From an uncultured Nitrospina sp. (lineage in GTDB: Bacteria > Nitrospinota > Nitrospinia > Nitrospinales > VA-1), in the NCBI GenBank assembly GCA_937891765.1, contig CALAGQ010000039.1, forward strand, positions 6,346 to 70,345: a DNA stretch of 64,000 nt. Reading direction: 5' to 3'. How positions within the stretch are numbered: position 1 is the first letter of the stretch; every line of letters begins with the position of its first letter. A program made the position numbers and the translations under genes. The notes beneath the pieces are model-generated. The model had not been told where the DNA came from, did no database searches, and worked only from the letters and a program-made list of their open reading frames with translations. Positions 1-9,684 of the stretch are shown here, piece by piece.

Positions 1-109
1 GAATGAGCCATAGCTTTTGCTGGCGAGAAAAGAGTTGTCGCGGCTGCCAAGGTTTTTAAAAGCCCCCCCCCTCAGTCCATCTGTGTTTATCAGTGGTTAA
101 AAAAGGTTT

Positions 110-763
110 TCATTCGCCACACGCGGAGTAGTTTTCAGTAGACCATCTGTCCAGATCAGAAAATACTGAAGCAATGTATTGCAGGAGGGAGTCGCACATT
201 GAAAATAGTTTTTTAACTCCCCGCTCGTTTTTGTTTTTACCAAGATCAGCAAAGCGTTCTTCGGTCTCGGTAAAGACCATCGGCAAAAACTTCACCGCCA
301 TCACCGAAACGGCAAGCAGGTCGCGGATGATCGGCAAATATTGGCTCATCGGCCCGAGCAGTTTATCCAGCCCGTCCATCCAGTCCGCCGTCGTGCGCAC
401 CAGCACCAGAGAAATAAAAAGGATGTTGAGCAGTCGTGCGGTGGATTCCAGTCCCAGCACCAAGCCTTCACGCGAAATGCTGACAGGGAACCACGCAGGC
501 AGGTCGATATAAAATCCGGGAGTGAACAGAACCGGAAAAATTGCGATAGCAATAAAAAACCAGGCCATGCGCCGGATGACATGAAAAATTTCTTTAACCG
601 GGACTCGGGCTATGAGAACCCCCAACACCGACATTGAGCCGACCCCCGCAAGAGCCCAGCCATTGCCGATGCCTGATCCCATCAGCAAGAATAAAGCGGC
701 AATGATTTTAGTTTGCGGCTTTAAGTTATGGAGCACGCTGTCACCTTCAACATAACCGCCCAT
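110..763 (-). CDS. ECF transporter transmembrane (T) component, EcfT/CbiQ family
   Basis: ORF 110..856. Polytopic membrane protein with an EcfT-type C-terminal half (LVRTTADWMDGLDKLLGP..RDLLAVSVMAVKFLP..TEERFADLGKNKNERG). Start moved to ATG 761-763 (MGGYVEGDSVLH) because the 31 upstream codons look non-coding. Confidence 0.65.
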   Translation of the reverse strand: MGGYVEGDSVLHNLKPQTKIIAALFLLMGSGIGNGWALAGVGSMSVLGVLIARVPVKEIFHVIRRMAWFFIAIAIFPVLFTPGFYIDLPAWFPVSISREGLVLGLESTARLLNILFISLVLVRTTADWMDGLDKLLGPMSQYLPIIRDLLAVSVMAVKFLPMVFTETEERFADLGKNKNERGVKKLFSMCDSLLQYIASVFSDLDRWSTENYSACGE

Positions 764-855
764 TTTAGTGTTGTAAATTTTCAATTGCTCATTGATCCTG
801 AAATCACGATATGAAATGATACTGCTATTCGTGAACCTTAAAGTTATCACACACA

Positions 856-1500
856 ATGCCTATTATAGATAAAACCTGTCAGTTTGTGGAGCAGAAGCTT
901 GCAGGCGATGGCTCCGGCCATGACTGGTGGCATATCTACCGGGTGTGGAACCTTGCAAAAAATATCGCCGAGCAGGAGGAAGCAAATTTACTCATCGTTG
1001 AATTGTCGGCCTTGCTCCACGATATTGCCGACTGGAAGTTTCATGACGGCGACGACACCAAGGGTCCGAAATTGGCAGAACAGTTTCTTATAGAAAATCA
1101 GGTGGAACGTGAGGTTATCGACCCGGTCGTCGAAATCGTCGCCACGATCTCTTACAAAGGCGCGGGGGTTGCCACTCCCATGCAAACGCTGGAAGGCAAA
1201 GTGGTGCAGGATGCCGACCGGCTCGACGCCATCGGCGCGATGGGCATCGCCCGCACCTTCGCTTATGGCGGCAACAAAAACCGTTTGATGTACCACCCTG
1301 ATGAAAAGCCGGTCATGCATCAGAGTTTTGAGCATTATAAAAAAAACACCGGACACACCATCAACCATTTTTATGAAAAACTGCTCTTATTAAAAGACCG
1401 CATGAACACAGGCGCAGCCAAAAAGATGGCCGAAGGCAGGCACCAGTTCATGCAGGCCTATCTCGATCAGTTTTATGAGGAGTGGGATGGAAAAGCTTGA
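856..1500 (+). CDS. HD-domain phosphohydrolase (YedJ-like)
   Basis: 214-aa ORF with an HD-superfamily metal-ligand pattern (GHDWWHIYRV, LLHDIADWK, QDADRLDAIG). Confidence 0.8.
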   Translation: MPIIDKTCQFVEQKLAGDGSGHDWWHIYRVWNLAKNIAEQEEANLLIVELSALLHDIADWKFHDGDDTKGPKLAEQFLIENQVEREVIDPVVEIVATISYKGAGVATPMQTLEGKVVQDADRLDAIGAMGIARTFAYGGNKNRLMYHPDEKPVMHQSFEHYKKNTGHTINHFYEKLLLLKDRMNTGAAKKMAEGRHQFMQAYLDQFYEEWDGKA

Positions 1501-2320
1501 GATTCTGCATAAGGCCTCGGACCTGATTAAAAAGTCAAAGCGGACATTATTTTTAACCAGCGCCGGTATGAGCGCCGACTCCAACATCCCCACCTTCCGT
1601 GACAAGGACGGATATTGGAGAAACTTCCCTCCCTTCAAGGCTAAAGGCCTGGAAGCGCAGGATCTGGCCAGTCCCTGGGCCTTTCGCAATGAGTTGCCGC
1701 ACGCCTGGGCCTTTTATGAATGGCGTCGTCGTAACGCTGAGGAGAACCTGCCACACGAGGGTTACCAGATCATCAACAAATGGCTTGCGGCTCAGGACGG
1801 ATTCATCCACACTACCAATACCGATGGTCTGCATTTAAGGTCGGGTTGCCCGGAAGACCGCATCCTCGAAGTTCACGGCTCCATGTGGCGACTGCAATGC
1901 CTCGACACCTGCACCTTTCAGTTTTGGGAAGAACTGTCGGTCCCACTTTGCAATCTCGATACGGGCACGATGAAGGCGTCTAATTATCCAACCTGCAGAA
2001 GTTGTCGGGGAATCGCCCGCCCACATATCTTAATGTTTGGAGATGGGGAATACACCGGTCACCCGGAGCAAGAAGGAAGTTTTAAGAGGTTTGTGCAGGA
2101 GCCAATTGACCTCACGATTCTGGTCGGTAGTTCGGGAGCCGTCCCCACTAATGATTATATCGCTGTGCATTTTATGGAACGGGGAACTCCGGTCATCAAT
2201 ATCAATCTCGACCCAACCAGCAATCGCATCGTCAACACGGATTTATTTATTGAAATGAAAGGCAAAGAAGCCTTTGCCGAACTGGACCGAATCACTTTCG
2301 GAAGCAGTGATGGAGTCTAA
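1487..2320 (+). CDS. cobB: SIR2-family NAD-dependent protein deacylase
   Basis: ORF 1475..2320. Sirtuin motifs: SAGMSADSNIPTFRD, TTNTDGLH, catalytic HGS, zinc ribbon CLDTC...CRSC, LMFGD. ATG 1487 overlaps the HD gene stop by 14 nt. Confidence 0.8.
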   Translation: MEKLEILHKASDLIKKSKRTLFLTSAGMSADSNIPTFRDKDGYWRNFPPFKAKGLEAQDLASPWAFRNELPHAWAFYEWRRRNAEENLPHEGYQIINKWLAAQDGFIHTTNTDGLHLRSGCPEDRILEVHGSMWRLQCLDTCTFQFWEELSVPLCNLDTGTMKASNYPTCRSCRGIARPHILMFGDGEYTGHPEQEGSFKRFVQEPIDLTILVGSSGAVPTNDYIAVHFMERGTPVININLDPTSNRIVNTDLFIEMKGKEAFAELDRITFGSSDGV

Positions 2321-2383
2321 TCACTTTTCGGCATAAATAAGGCGGCAGATTTTATATTTCCGTGAGTTTGCAATTTATAGTAT

Positions 2384-2487
2384 CCTCCACAAGCCGTGGG
2401 GGCAACGAACAATAGCCCGTTGGGCCGAGAGAATGTTTGCCCGCAAAATGAAGACATTAGCAAGCTACCGGATGAAACAGTTGTTTC
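2384..2487 (+). repeat. Copy of ~100-nt structured intergenic repeat family
   Basis: Shares cctccac, cgtgggggcaa, the core cccgttgggccgag, tttgcc and attagcaagctaccgg with copies at 30225, 31150 and 41799. Has a 5' hairpin ccac/gtgg and a 3' hairpin gaaac/gtttc. Confidence 0.7.
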
Positions 2488-2523
2488 TTTGTCCATAAAA
2501 AATTTTCCGACCAGGAGTTTAAT

Positions 2524-3159
2524 ATGCGGATCGTGCTTTTGACATTAATGGTTTTATTGATCCAGCCGATTCCTTCCTTCGCTGCATGTACGCAGACTGA
2601 CGTTTGCGAAATGATAAAGAAAATGGATCACTTCTCCATTCTCAATGCATGCCCCGACGCGGGCCCTATGATGAAAGAATGTCGCAAGGTCAACGAAAGT
2701 GTTCTTGAAACACTAGCTGAAGCGGCGTTTGTGGATAACGGTGACGGAACTGTTACGGACACCGTAAACAAACTGCGTTGGATAAAAAAGGGCGTCTTAA
2801 AAAAATTGGCTTTAAAAGATGCCAAGGCTTTTGCTGAAGCAGAAACCTTTGCGGGAAGTTCTGACTGGCGCCTGCCCACCCTGTCGGAATTGAAAACTCT
2901 TATTTATTCCGAACGGATCATCAACGCCAGCGGGAAAAAGGCCTGGATCAATCCTATCTTCGATGATGGCCTCGGCCACTACTACTGGACCACCACCACC
3001 TGCGACCAGTTATCGGTCATCGAAGACCGCTACCAGAAAAAAGTATGCCAGCAAGGTGAAGGTGCCGCATGGCTGGTGCATTTCAATATCAATGCCGTCT
3101 TCTGGTTTCAAACCAGCGAGGAACGACCGCATAGCTGGCTGGTGCAGAATGTAGAGTAA
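2524..3159 (+). CDS. Secreted DUF1566 (Lcl C-terminal domain-like) protein
   Basis: Signal peptide (MRIVLLTLMVLLIQPIPSFA) followed by FVDNGDGTVTD..RW...SDWRLPTLSELKTL, which is typical of DUF1566. Confidence 0.6.
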   Translation: MRIVLLTLMVLLIQPIPSFAACTQTDVCEMIKKMDHFSILNACPDAGPMMKECRKVNESVLETLAEAAFVDNGDGTVTDTVNKLRWIKKGVLKKLALKDAKAFAEAETFAGSSDWRLPTLSELKTLIYSERIINASGKKAWINPIFDDGLGHYYWTTTTCDQLSVIEDRYQKKVCQQGEGAAWLVHFNINAVFWFQTSEERPHSWLVQNVE

Positions 3160-3240
3160 GCACCCACTTCCGTGGGAAGAAATAGAACTCGTTGCCGGCA
3201 GCCCTGATATTCTTCCGGTGCTGGATAAATCTTCCCCTAT

Positions 3241-4794
3241 TTGACTGAAATTCCAGGAAAAAAAGAATCCTCACCCCTCCTTTCCCCATCAACATTACTG
3301 AAGCATTTTTATTTTCTAAAACCTCCGCTGAAACTGCATCCTTTGGCTGATACTTTAAATTTCCAAAACCGCTTTATCGGGCTGGGGCCTGAGTTTTATC
3401 AGGCCAAGACTCCAGACCCGGTGACCGATCCTTATCTCGTCGACTATTCTCCTTCCGCCGGGCAATTGATAAACCTGGCACCGGAAGCTGGCACGAGCCA
3501 GGAATTCATCGATCGCTTTAGCGGGAATATCCCTATGATGGGTGCCGAGCCCTTGGCTATGGCTTACTCGGGACACCAGTTCGGCTCTTACAATCCCCGA
3601 CTGGGAGATGGACGCGGACTCTTGCTGGGCGAAGTGCAAAACCAAAATCAGGAGATCTGGGACATTCACCTGAAAGGTGCGGGTCCCACTCGATTTGCCC
3701 GAGGCTTCGATGGAAGAGCAACCCTCAACTCCTCCATCCGCGAACACCTGGCAAGCGAAGCTTTAAATGGATTGGGAGTTCCCACCACTCGGTCGCTAGC
3801 CGTCATTGGAATTCGCGAACTGATCTACCGGCAAAGGCCGGAAATGGCCGCAGTCTTGGTACGGGTCGCCGATTCACATATTCGCTTTGGCAGTTTCGAG
3901 TTTTTTCATTACACCGGGCAGACAAAAAACGTAGAACGGTTGCTGGAGTTTGCCGTTCAAACCTATTATCCGGATATTGCTGAAGAGTCCGACCGCTACA
4001 GAATATTTTTCCAACGCACTCTGCAACGCACAGCAAAACTGATCGCAAAATGGCAAGCAGTGGGATTCATCCATGGCGTGATGAACACCGACAATATGTG
4101 CATCACCGGCACCACTTTTGACTACGGCCCTTATGGATTTATGGACCGTTTTGTGCCCAACCATACCCCCAACCATTCAGACACGCATGGTCGCTACGCC
4201 TACAACCAGCAACCTGAAATCGGATTTTGGAATCTCAACAAATTAGCCGAAACTCTTATCCCTTTGATTGGCGCTGAAAATCTGGAAGAGGAAATGAAAC
4301 AATACCAGCCGCTTTTCAATCGTTTCTATCGTGAAGAAATCGGCAAAAAACTGGGTCTGGGCATTTTGGACTCGGAGTTCACGCAACTGGTGCAGAAAAT
4401 GTTTCAACTACTCCATGACCATCAACTGGACTACACCAATTTCTTTCGGTTTCTCGCGGACTACCCAGATACTGACAGCGATAATGAATTAAAGTCGTGG
4501 CTGAGCCAATATCTCGAGCTGGCGCAACGTGAAGGCATAAGCCATGAAGAACGAAAAGCACAAATGAATTCCACCAACCCAAAATTTATTTTGAGAAACC
4601 ATTTGTTACAAACGGCTCTGGATAAAGCAATCAAGAAATCAGATTTTTCTGAAATCGCACGTCTTAGAATCCTCTTGGAAGATCCGTTCCAGGATCGACC
4701 GGAAGTTTTTGAGAAGTACAACATCGATTCCGAGCACTATGCCCAGGATACCCCAGACACATTTCTCTGCCGACAAACCAGCTGTTCCGCATGA
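3241..4794 (+). CDS. selO: Protein adenylyltransferase SelO (YdiU)
   Basis: 517-aa ORF with AMAYSGHQFG, LGDGRGLLLGE, HLKGAGPTRF and HGVMNTDNMCITGTTFDYGPYGFMD. The C-terminal QTSCSA puts a Cys where eukaryotic SelO has Sec. Only a non-ATG start (TTG 3241) is available upstream of the conserved N-terminus. Confidence 0.85.
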   Translation: MTEIPGKKESSPLLSPSTLLKHFYFLKPPLKLHPLADTLNFQNRFIGLGPEFYQAKTPDPVTDPYLVDYSPSAGQLINLAPEAGTSQEFIDRFSGNIPMMGAEPLAMAYSGHQFGSYNPRLGDGRGLLLGEVQNQNQEIWDIHLKGAGPTRFARGFDGRATLNSSIREHLASEALNGLGVPTTRSLAVIGIRELIYRQRPEMAAVLVRVADSHIRFGSFEFFHYTGQTKNVERLLEFAVQTYYPDIAEESDRYRIFFQRTLQRTAKLIAKWQAVGFIHGVMNTDNMCITGTTFDYGPYGFMDRFVPNHTPNHSDTHGRYAYNQQPEIGFWNLNKLAETLIPLIGAENLEEEMKQYQPLFNRFYREEIGKKLGLGILDSEFTQLVQKMFQLLHDHQLDYTNFFRFLADYPDTDSDNELKSWLSQYLELAQREGISHEERKAQMNSTNPKFILRNHLLQTALDKAIKKSDFSEIARLRILLEDPFQDRPEVFEKYNIDSEHYAQDTPDTFLCRQTSCSA

Positions 4795-4828
4795 TCAAAG
4801 CAATCTCAAGGGTTGCAGAAAGGAAGCA

Positions 4829-5059
4829 ATGATTCTGTTAGATGGAGAAATCACCGAGATCACCACTCCCCCAAATAAAGCCGACCAGTTTCGCGAACTC
4901 ACCATCTGGATTCCTGAGACAGGAGAACATGTGGAGATGACGTGCTTCATTCATGAGCTGCAAAAATCCGGCTTGGAAGAAGGCAATAAGATTTCCATTA
5001 AAATTGAAAAGAAATTCGACATCGATTCCCTGACTCGCGACTTGTTGAAACCTCAATAG
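4829..5059 (+). CDS. Hypothetical small protein (76 aa)
   Basis: Internal ATG of ORF 4709..5059, preceded by AAGGAAG. No recognisable domain. The upstream part of the ORF overlaps the selO 3' end. Confidence 0.4.
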   Translation: MILLDGEITEITTPPNKADQFRELTIWIPETGEHVEMTCFIHELQKSGLEEGNKISIKIEKKFDIDSLTRDLLKPQ

Positions 5060-5168
5060 CATCGGAGAGGAATCGAGAGAATCGAAAAAGGCAGGCGTGG
5101 CTTTTAGTTTTCCTTCTTGGTAGTATAAAAGGATCAAATTACTGAAAGACTGGATCACTCCAACATTT

Positions 5169-6158
5169 ATGAGCAAAATAAAAGAACTCGGCGAATTTGG
5201 GCTCATCCATCGTCTTTCTTCACGCTTAAAATTCCACGCGCCCGATTCTGTTTTGGGTATCGGAGATGACTGTGCGGTTTACCCGGTTAAATCGGGAACC
5301 TATGAAGTCATCTCCACCGATGCGCTGGTTGAAGATATCCATTTCAAACTTTCCACAACAACTCCTGAAGCTCTGGGACGAAAAGCCCTGTCTGTCAGCC
5401 TCAGTGACATCGCAGCAATGGGGGGCACGCCCAAAAGAGTGCTGGTGACATTGGGAATCCCAAAAAAGATATCTGTATCGTTTCTTGACAAGCTCTATTC
5501 CGGATTCAACGAAATATGCAATCGCTACAAAGTGGAACTCGCCGGCGGAGACACCGTTTTCTCCCCCAAATGTTTTTTCATTAATGTTTCGGTCATCGGT
5601 GAAGCAAAACGTGTTTTCACCCGCCGAGGTGCCAAGCCGGGTGACCTCATTTTCGTGACCGGGACATTGGGTGATTCAAGTCTGGGAATGAAGCTACTCA
5701 GTAAAAAGGGCAATCATAAATTTTTAACGGGCAGGCATCTGGACCCAACACCAAGAGTCCATGAAGCTGGCATTCTGGCCCGTTCCAGAATAAATATCAC
5801 CTCAATGATAGATATCAGTGACGGCCTGGTTCAGGATCTTTACCATATTTGCAAAGCCTCCAAGGTGGGCGCTCGGATTTACGAGGACTGGTTGCCTCAA
5901 TCGCCGGAGTTTTCACGGTTTTGCAATGGGAACGCAATCGCCCCTCTTCCTCACCTTTTGAATGGCGGAGAGGATTATGAATTACTGTTTACTTTGCCTG
6001 CTGATGGTGTTAAAAATTTAAACAGGCAGTTTTTAAAGGCTAAAGTGCTTGTTACGCAAATCGGAGAGATCACTCTCAGATCTAAGAAAGTATCGCTGGA
6101 AATGAGAGATGGGGCAACGAAGACTCTTCCAGAGTCAGAAGGCTTCAATCATTTTTAA
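5169..6158 (+). CDS. thiL: Thiamine-monophosphate kinase
   Basis: 329 aa with ELGEFGLIHRL, IGDDCAV, DALVEDIHF, SLSDIAAMGG and GGEDYELLFT (AIR-synthase-related fold, ThiL pattern). Confidence 0.85.
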   Translation: MSKIKELGEFGLIHRLSSRLKFHAPDSVLGIGDDCAVYPVKSGTYEVISTDALVEDIHFKLSTTTPEALGRKALSVSLSDIAAMGGTPKRVLVTLGIPKKISVSFLDKLYSGFNEICNRYKVELAGGDTVFSPKCFFINVSVIGEAKRVFTRRGAKPGDLIFVTGTLGDSSLGMKLLSKKGNHKFLTGRHLDPTPRVHEAGILARSRINITSMIDISDGLVQDLYHICKASKVGARIYEDWLPQSPEFSRFCNGNAIAPLPHLLNGGEDYELLFTLPADGVKNLNRQFLKAKVLVTQIGEITLRSKKVSLEMRDGATKTLPESEGFNHF

Positions 6159-6264
6159 GTTTAACACCGATGGCTTTCCCTTCCCAGAGTTGCAAATTGC
6201 CAAATCGAATTATTGTGCAATTCGATTCACAAGTGCCCGCCAAGCTTGAGGTTTCTTAAAAACT

Positions 6265-7566
6265 TTGGACGATTCATTATTATCCCGTTCACTATTGCTG
6301 TTGTTTCTACTTCTGTGTTCGGCCTTTTTTTCAGCCTGTGAGGTCGCCTATTTTTCTCTAAACTCTCTGCAACTGAATGAGATGTCAGAGAAAAAGGGAC
6401 GCATGGGCCGAATTGTAAATTCCCTTCTGGAAAAACCACGCGAGCTGCTCATCACCATTTACATCGGTAATGAGTTCGTCAACATTGCCGTTTCCGTTCT
6501 GGTCACCTCCATTGCAATTAACCTTTTTGGAAGCATCGGTGTGGGCATCGCCATTGGGTTTGGCACCCTGCTCCTGCTGGTTTTCGGCGATATCATTCCA
6601 AAGAGTGTTTCAATAAAGTTTGCTCAGTCTTATGCCTTATTTTCGGCCTATCCCTTAAAAGTCTTTGCCAAGCTTGTCCAGCCCGCCCAGAAACTGTTTT
6701 CTGTTTGGACAGAAAAGGTTATCGAGTCTATGGGAATCCTGCCACACGGCCTTAAAGAATCCCCCATCACCGATGAGGAGTTCCGGGCCATGGTTCAAGT
6801 CGGCGAAGGGGAAGGCGTTATCGATTCCGATGAAAGAACGTTGATCCAGAATGTTATTGAGTTTGGTGAAACAACTGTGGGGGAGATCATGACCCCGAAA
6901 ATAGATATGTTCACCGTAAACATTGAGGACAGTCTGGATGAAATTCTACCCCGGATCATCAATAATTTTTATTCCCGAGTTCCTGTATATGGAGGGGAAG
7001 ATGAAGGTATTATCGGGATTTTATTCACCAAGGATCTGGCACGGCATAGACATTTGCCGCCGGAAAAGGTAAACCTGAAAAGCATTCTGCACTCCACCCT
7101 TTCCGTCCCGCAGTCAAAAAAAATCAAGGACATGCTGGAAGAGTTCAGGAAAATGAAAAGGCATATGGCCATCGTCCTGGATGAATATGGAAGCGTCTGC
7201 GGACTGGTCACGCTGGAAGATATCATTGAGGAACTGGTCGGAGAAATTGACAGTGAAATGCGGCAGGAAGAACTCCCACTAAAAAAACTGAACGATAATC
7301 ATTATCGCATTGTCGGCGCTTATAGCCTGGCAGAATTCAATGAAAATTTTCAGAGCGAGCTACCTGAGAACGATTACGATACGGTTGGCGGCTATGTTTT
7401 CGGGCTCTTTGGGCGTATTCCCCGATCGGGCGAATCAACCACCTTTGACCGTTTCAAATTCCGTGTCGAAAAAATGAAGGGATCAAGAATCCTGAGTCTC
7501 TTTCTCACCCTTAGGAGTCCTCGTCCATTACCGGACAAAGAGCAAGATGAGGTTCCCGAAGGCTAA
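6265..7566 (+). CDS. CNNM/hemolysin-family membrane protein (DUF21 + CBS pair + CorC_HlyC)
   Basis: DUF21-type 4-TM N-terminus, a CBS pair, and MAIVLDEYGSVCGLVTLEDIIEELVGEI followed by a CorC-type C-terminal domain. TTG start. Confidence 0.85.
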   Translation: MDDSLLSRSLLLLFLLLCSAFFSACEVAYFSLNSLQLNEMSEKKGRMGRIVNSLLEKPRELLITIYIGNEFVNIAVSVLVTSIAINLFGSIGVGIAIGFGTLLLLVFGDIIPKSVSIKFAQSYALFSAYPLKVFAKLVQPAQKLFSVWTEKVIESMGILPHGLKESPITDEEFRAMVQVGEGEGVIDSDERTLIQNVIEFGETTVGEIMTPKIDMFTVNIEDSLDEILPRIINNFYSRVPVYGGEDEGIIGILFTKDLARHRHLPPEKVNLKSILHSTLSVPQSKKIKDMLEEFRKMKRHMAIVLDEYGSVCGLVTLEDIIEELVGEIDSEMRQEELPLKKLNDNHYRIVGAYSLAEFNENFQSELPENDYDTVGGYVFGLFGRIPRSGESTTFDRFKFRVEKMKGSRILSLFLTLRSPRPLPDKEQDEVPEG

Positions 7567-8834
7567 TGGATTTCGCGACAACACTCATACTGGTATTACT
7601 GGGAATACTGCTGGAAGCATTTTTTTCCGGTTCTGAAATCGGCATGGTTTCTGTAAACCGGATAAAAATGAAACAACTTGCCGAGGATGGCAATTCTGCC
7701 GCCCAGTCCGTTCTGAAATTGCTCGACAATCCTGAACGGCTCTTCACCACCACCTCGTTGGGAACCAATCTGGCAATGGTAGCCAGCACCGCTGTGTTTA
7801 CCGCGTTCATGGTCACCCATTTTAACGAGTCCGGCGAGTGGATGGCCATGTTGATTATTTCGCCTCTGATATTTTTTGTGGGTGAAATCATACCCAAGGT
7901 TATTTTTCAGCACCGCGCCGATTCCCTCATGCTGTTCATGATTTATCCGCTGATTTTTTTCTATAAAATTCTGTCCCCGCTTACATCCTGGTTATCGAAA
8001 GCATCAGCAAGATTCACTCGTCGTGTACAGTTGGCCTCGACAGAGGAGCATAAGACCTTTAGCCGGGATCAGCTTCGAGGGATACTGAGCCTGGAATCGC
8101 AGACCGTGGATTTAGGCACGACGGAAAAGAAAATCATTCACAATATTTTCAATTTTGGAGAACTTCGGGCGGAGCATTGCATGGTGCCTCTCGTTCAAAT
8201 GATCGCCATAAGGGATATCGCTACGATGCAGGAGGCGCATAATGTCGCAAACGATTCCGGTTTCTCTCGAGTCCCCGTTTTTCATGAAAAAATGTATAAC
8301 CTTATGGGGATTTTGAACACCTTCGACCTTTTAAGCCAGCCTGTTGACAGCACCCCTATCACCAGTCTCATCCGGCCTGCCTATTATATTCCCCCGAGCA
8401 AAAAAATTGATGACCTCCTCAAGGAACTCCAGCAAAGGGGTTTGCATATGGCCATCGTGGTGGATGAATATGGTGGATGCATCGGTTTGATAACGATTGA
8501 GGATCTACTGGAAAAAATTGTCGGCGAAATCGAAGATGAATACGACAAACCCGAGACAACCTACAAGCCCTACGCAGATGGGGGATATCTGGTGGAGGGG
8601 GGCACGGAGATAAGCGTTCTCAACGACAACTTGAACTGGGACCTTCCCAGTGGAGACTTCGAAACTCTGGCAGGTTTGGCCATTGACCGGTTGGAAAGAA
8701 TCCCCAACTCCGGTGACCAGATTGTGGTGGACTCCTATCGAATAACGGTTAAAGAAGCCAGTAAACGAAAAATTCAATCCCTGATCGTCCGCAAGCTGGA
8801 TCCCGAAACCAACACCAATGGAAAAACCTCTTAA
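7566..8834 (+). CDS. CNNM/hemolysin-family membrane protein, tandem paralog
   Basis: Same architecture as the upstream gene (HMAIVVDEYGGCIGLITIEDLLEKIVGEIEDE). The ATG overlaps the upstream stop (TAATG). Confidence 0.85.
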   Translation: MDFATTLILVLLGILLEAFFSGSEIGMVSVNRIKMKQLAEDGNSAAQSVLKLLDNPERLFTTTSLGTNLAMVASTAVFTAFMVTHFNESGEWMAMLIISPLIFFVGEIIPKVIFQHRADSLMLFMIYPLIFFYKILSPLTSWLSKASARFTRRVQLASTEEHKTFSRDQLRGILSLESQTVDLGTTEKKIIHNIFNFGELRAEHCMVPLVQMIAIRDIATMQEAHNVANDSGFSRVPVFHEKMYNLMGILNTFDLLSQPVDSTPITSLIRPAYYIPPSKKIDDLLKELQQRGLHMAIVVDEYGGCIGLITIEDLLEKIVGEIEDEYDKPETTYKPYADGGYLVEGGTEISVLNDNLNWDLPSGDFETLAGLAIDRLERIPNSGDQIVVDSYRITVKEASKRKIQSLIVRKLDPETNTNGKTS

Positions 8835-9553
8835 AATTTTCTGATCTTTTCCAACTCCTGATAAGCCGACTGAACCTCAAGAAACCTCTGGTGGGCCTCA
8901 TAAACCGTCTTTTCATCTTCCATGGCAACCCGGTCGGGATGGCACTGGCTGGCCAGTTTTCGGTAGGCTCTTTTGATTTCATCGTTCGAAGCGTCGGAAG
9001 AAAGTTCCAGTATAAGATAAGGAGTTCTAAAGGGTTCCAGTGAGTACTTTGCTCTGATTTCGTTATGCTGGTCATAAGACAGCCCCAGTTCCAACCCGAC
9101 TTTTTTTATCAGCACCTGGGTTTCTTCACGCAGAGTATTCTCAATTAAAGCAATCTGGTAGCATAGTGCGAGGAGCAAAAGATTGTAGTTGTTCCGGCAG
9201 GACTTTTTATACTCATCTATAAACCGGTCAACATCCGGTTTTTTGGACTGAACCTCCTTGATCAACCGATCCAGTGATTTCAAATCCGGAGGGCCATAAC
9301 TCAGGTTCTTCATGAAAAATTTATGAATCACCTCCACTTGTTTCGGGCTCAACACTCCCGACTCCATAGCTACCCGTGTTAAAATGACAACCAGACACGT
9401 TATAAATTCACCCTGATGGATAATGCCGGGTAAATTTCCCTGCAGTTTTTTCTGGAGTTTTTTACCTGCAAAATGTTCAATGCTGCCGCCGATAACGGCA
9501 CCCAAAGGGCCGCCACGTAAAAAACCCAAACCTGCACCCATCCACCATGACAT
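8831..9553 (-). CDS. djlA: DjlA-like co-chaperone (membrane anchor + TerB-like region + J domain)
   Basis: ORF 8831..9664. Gly-rich hydrophobic N-terminus and a C-terminal J domain (PYLILELSSDASNDEIKRAYRKLASQCHPDRV). Start moved to ATG at 9553 (MSWWMGAGLGF). Confidence 0.75.
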   Translation of the reverse strand: MSWWMGAGLGFLRGGPLGAVIGGSIEHFAGKKLQKKLQGNLPGIIHQGEFITCLVVILTRVAMESGVLSPKQVEVIHKFFMKNLSYGPPDLKSLDRLIKEVQSKKPDVDRFIDEYKKSCRNNYNLLLLALCYQIALIENTLREETQVLIKKVGLELGLSYDQHNEIRAKYSLEPFRTPYLILELSSDASNDEIKRAYRKLASQCHPDRVAMEDEKTVYEAHQRFLEVQSAYQELEKIRKF

Positions 9554-9684
9554 ATAAAATTTTCCGTTCGCAAAATGAAAACGGGCACTATACCACAAAC
9601 AGAGCCACGCGCTCCCTGCGCCCGGAAACTCAAAAATGGGACGGCAAGCATGATTAAAAAACAACCCACTGGAGGAAACCGTTA

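Noticed and set aside
1-109. Possible gene start on the minus strand at 11-9 (ATGGCTCATTC...) running off the left edge.
   Set aside because: Only three codons are visible and there is no SD, so it cannot be supported.
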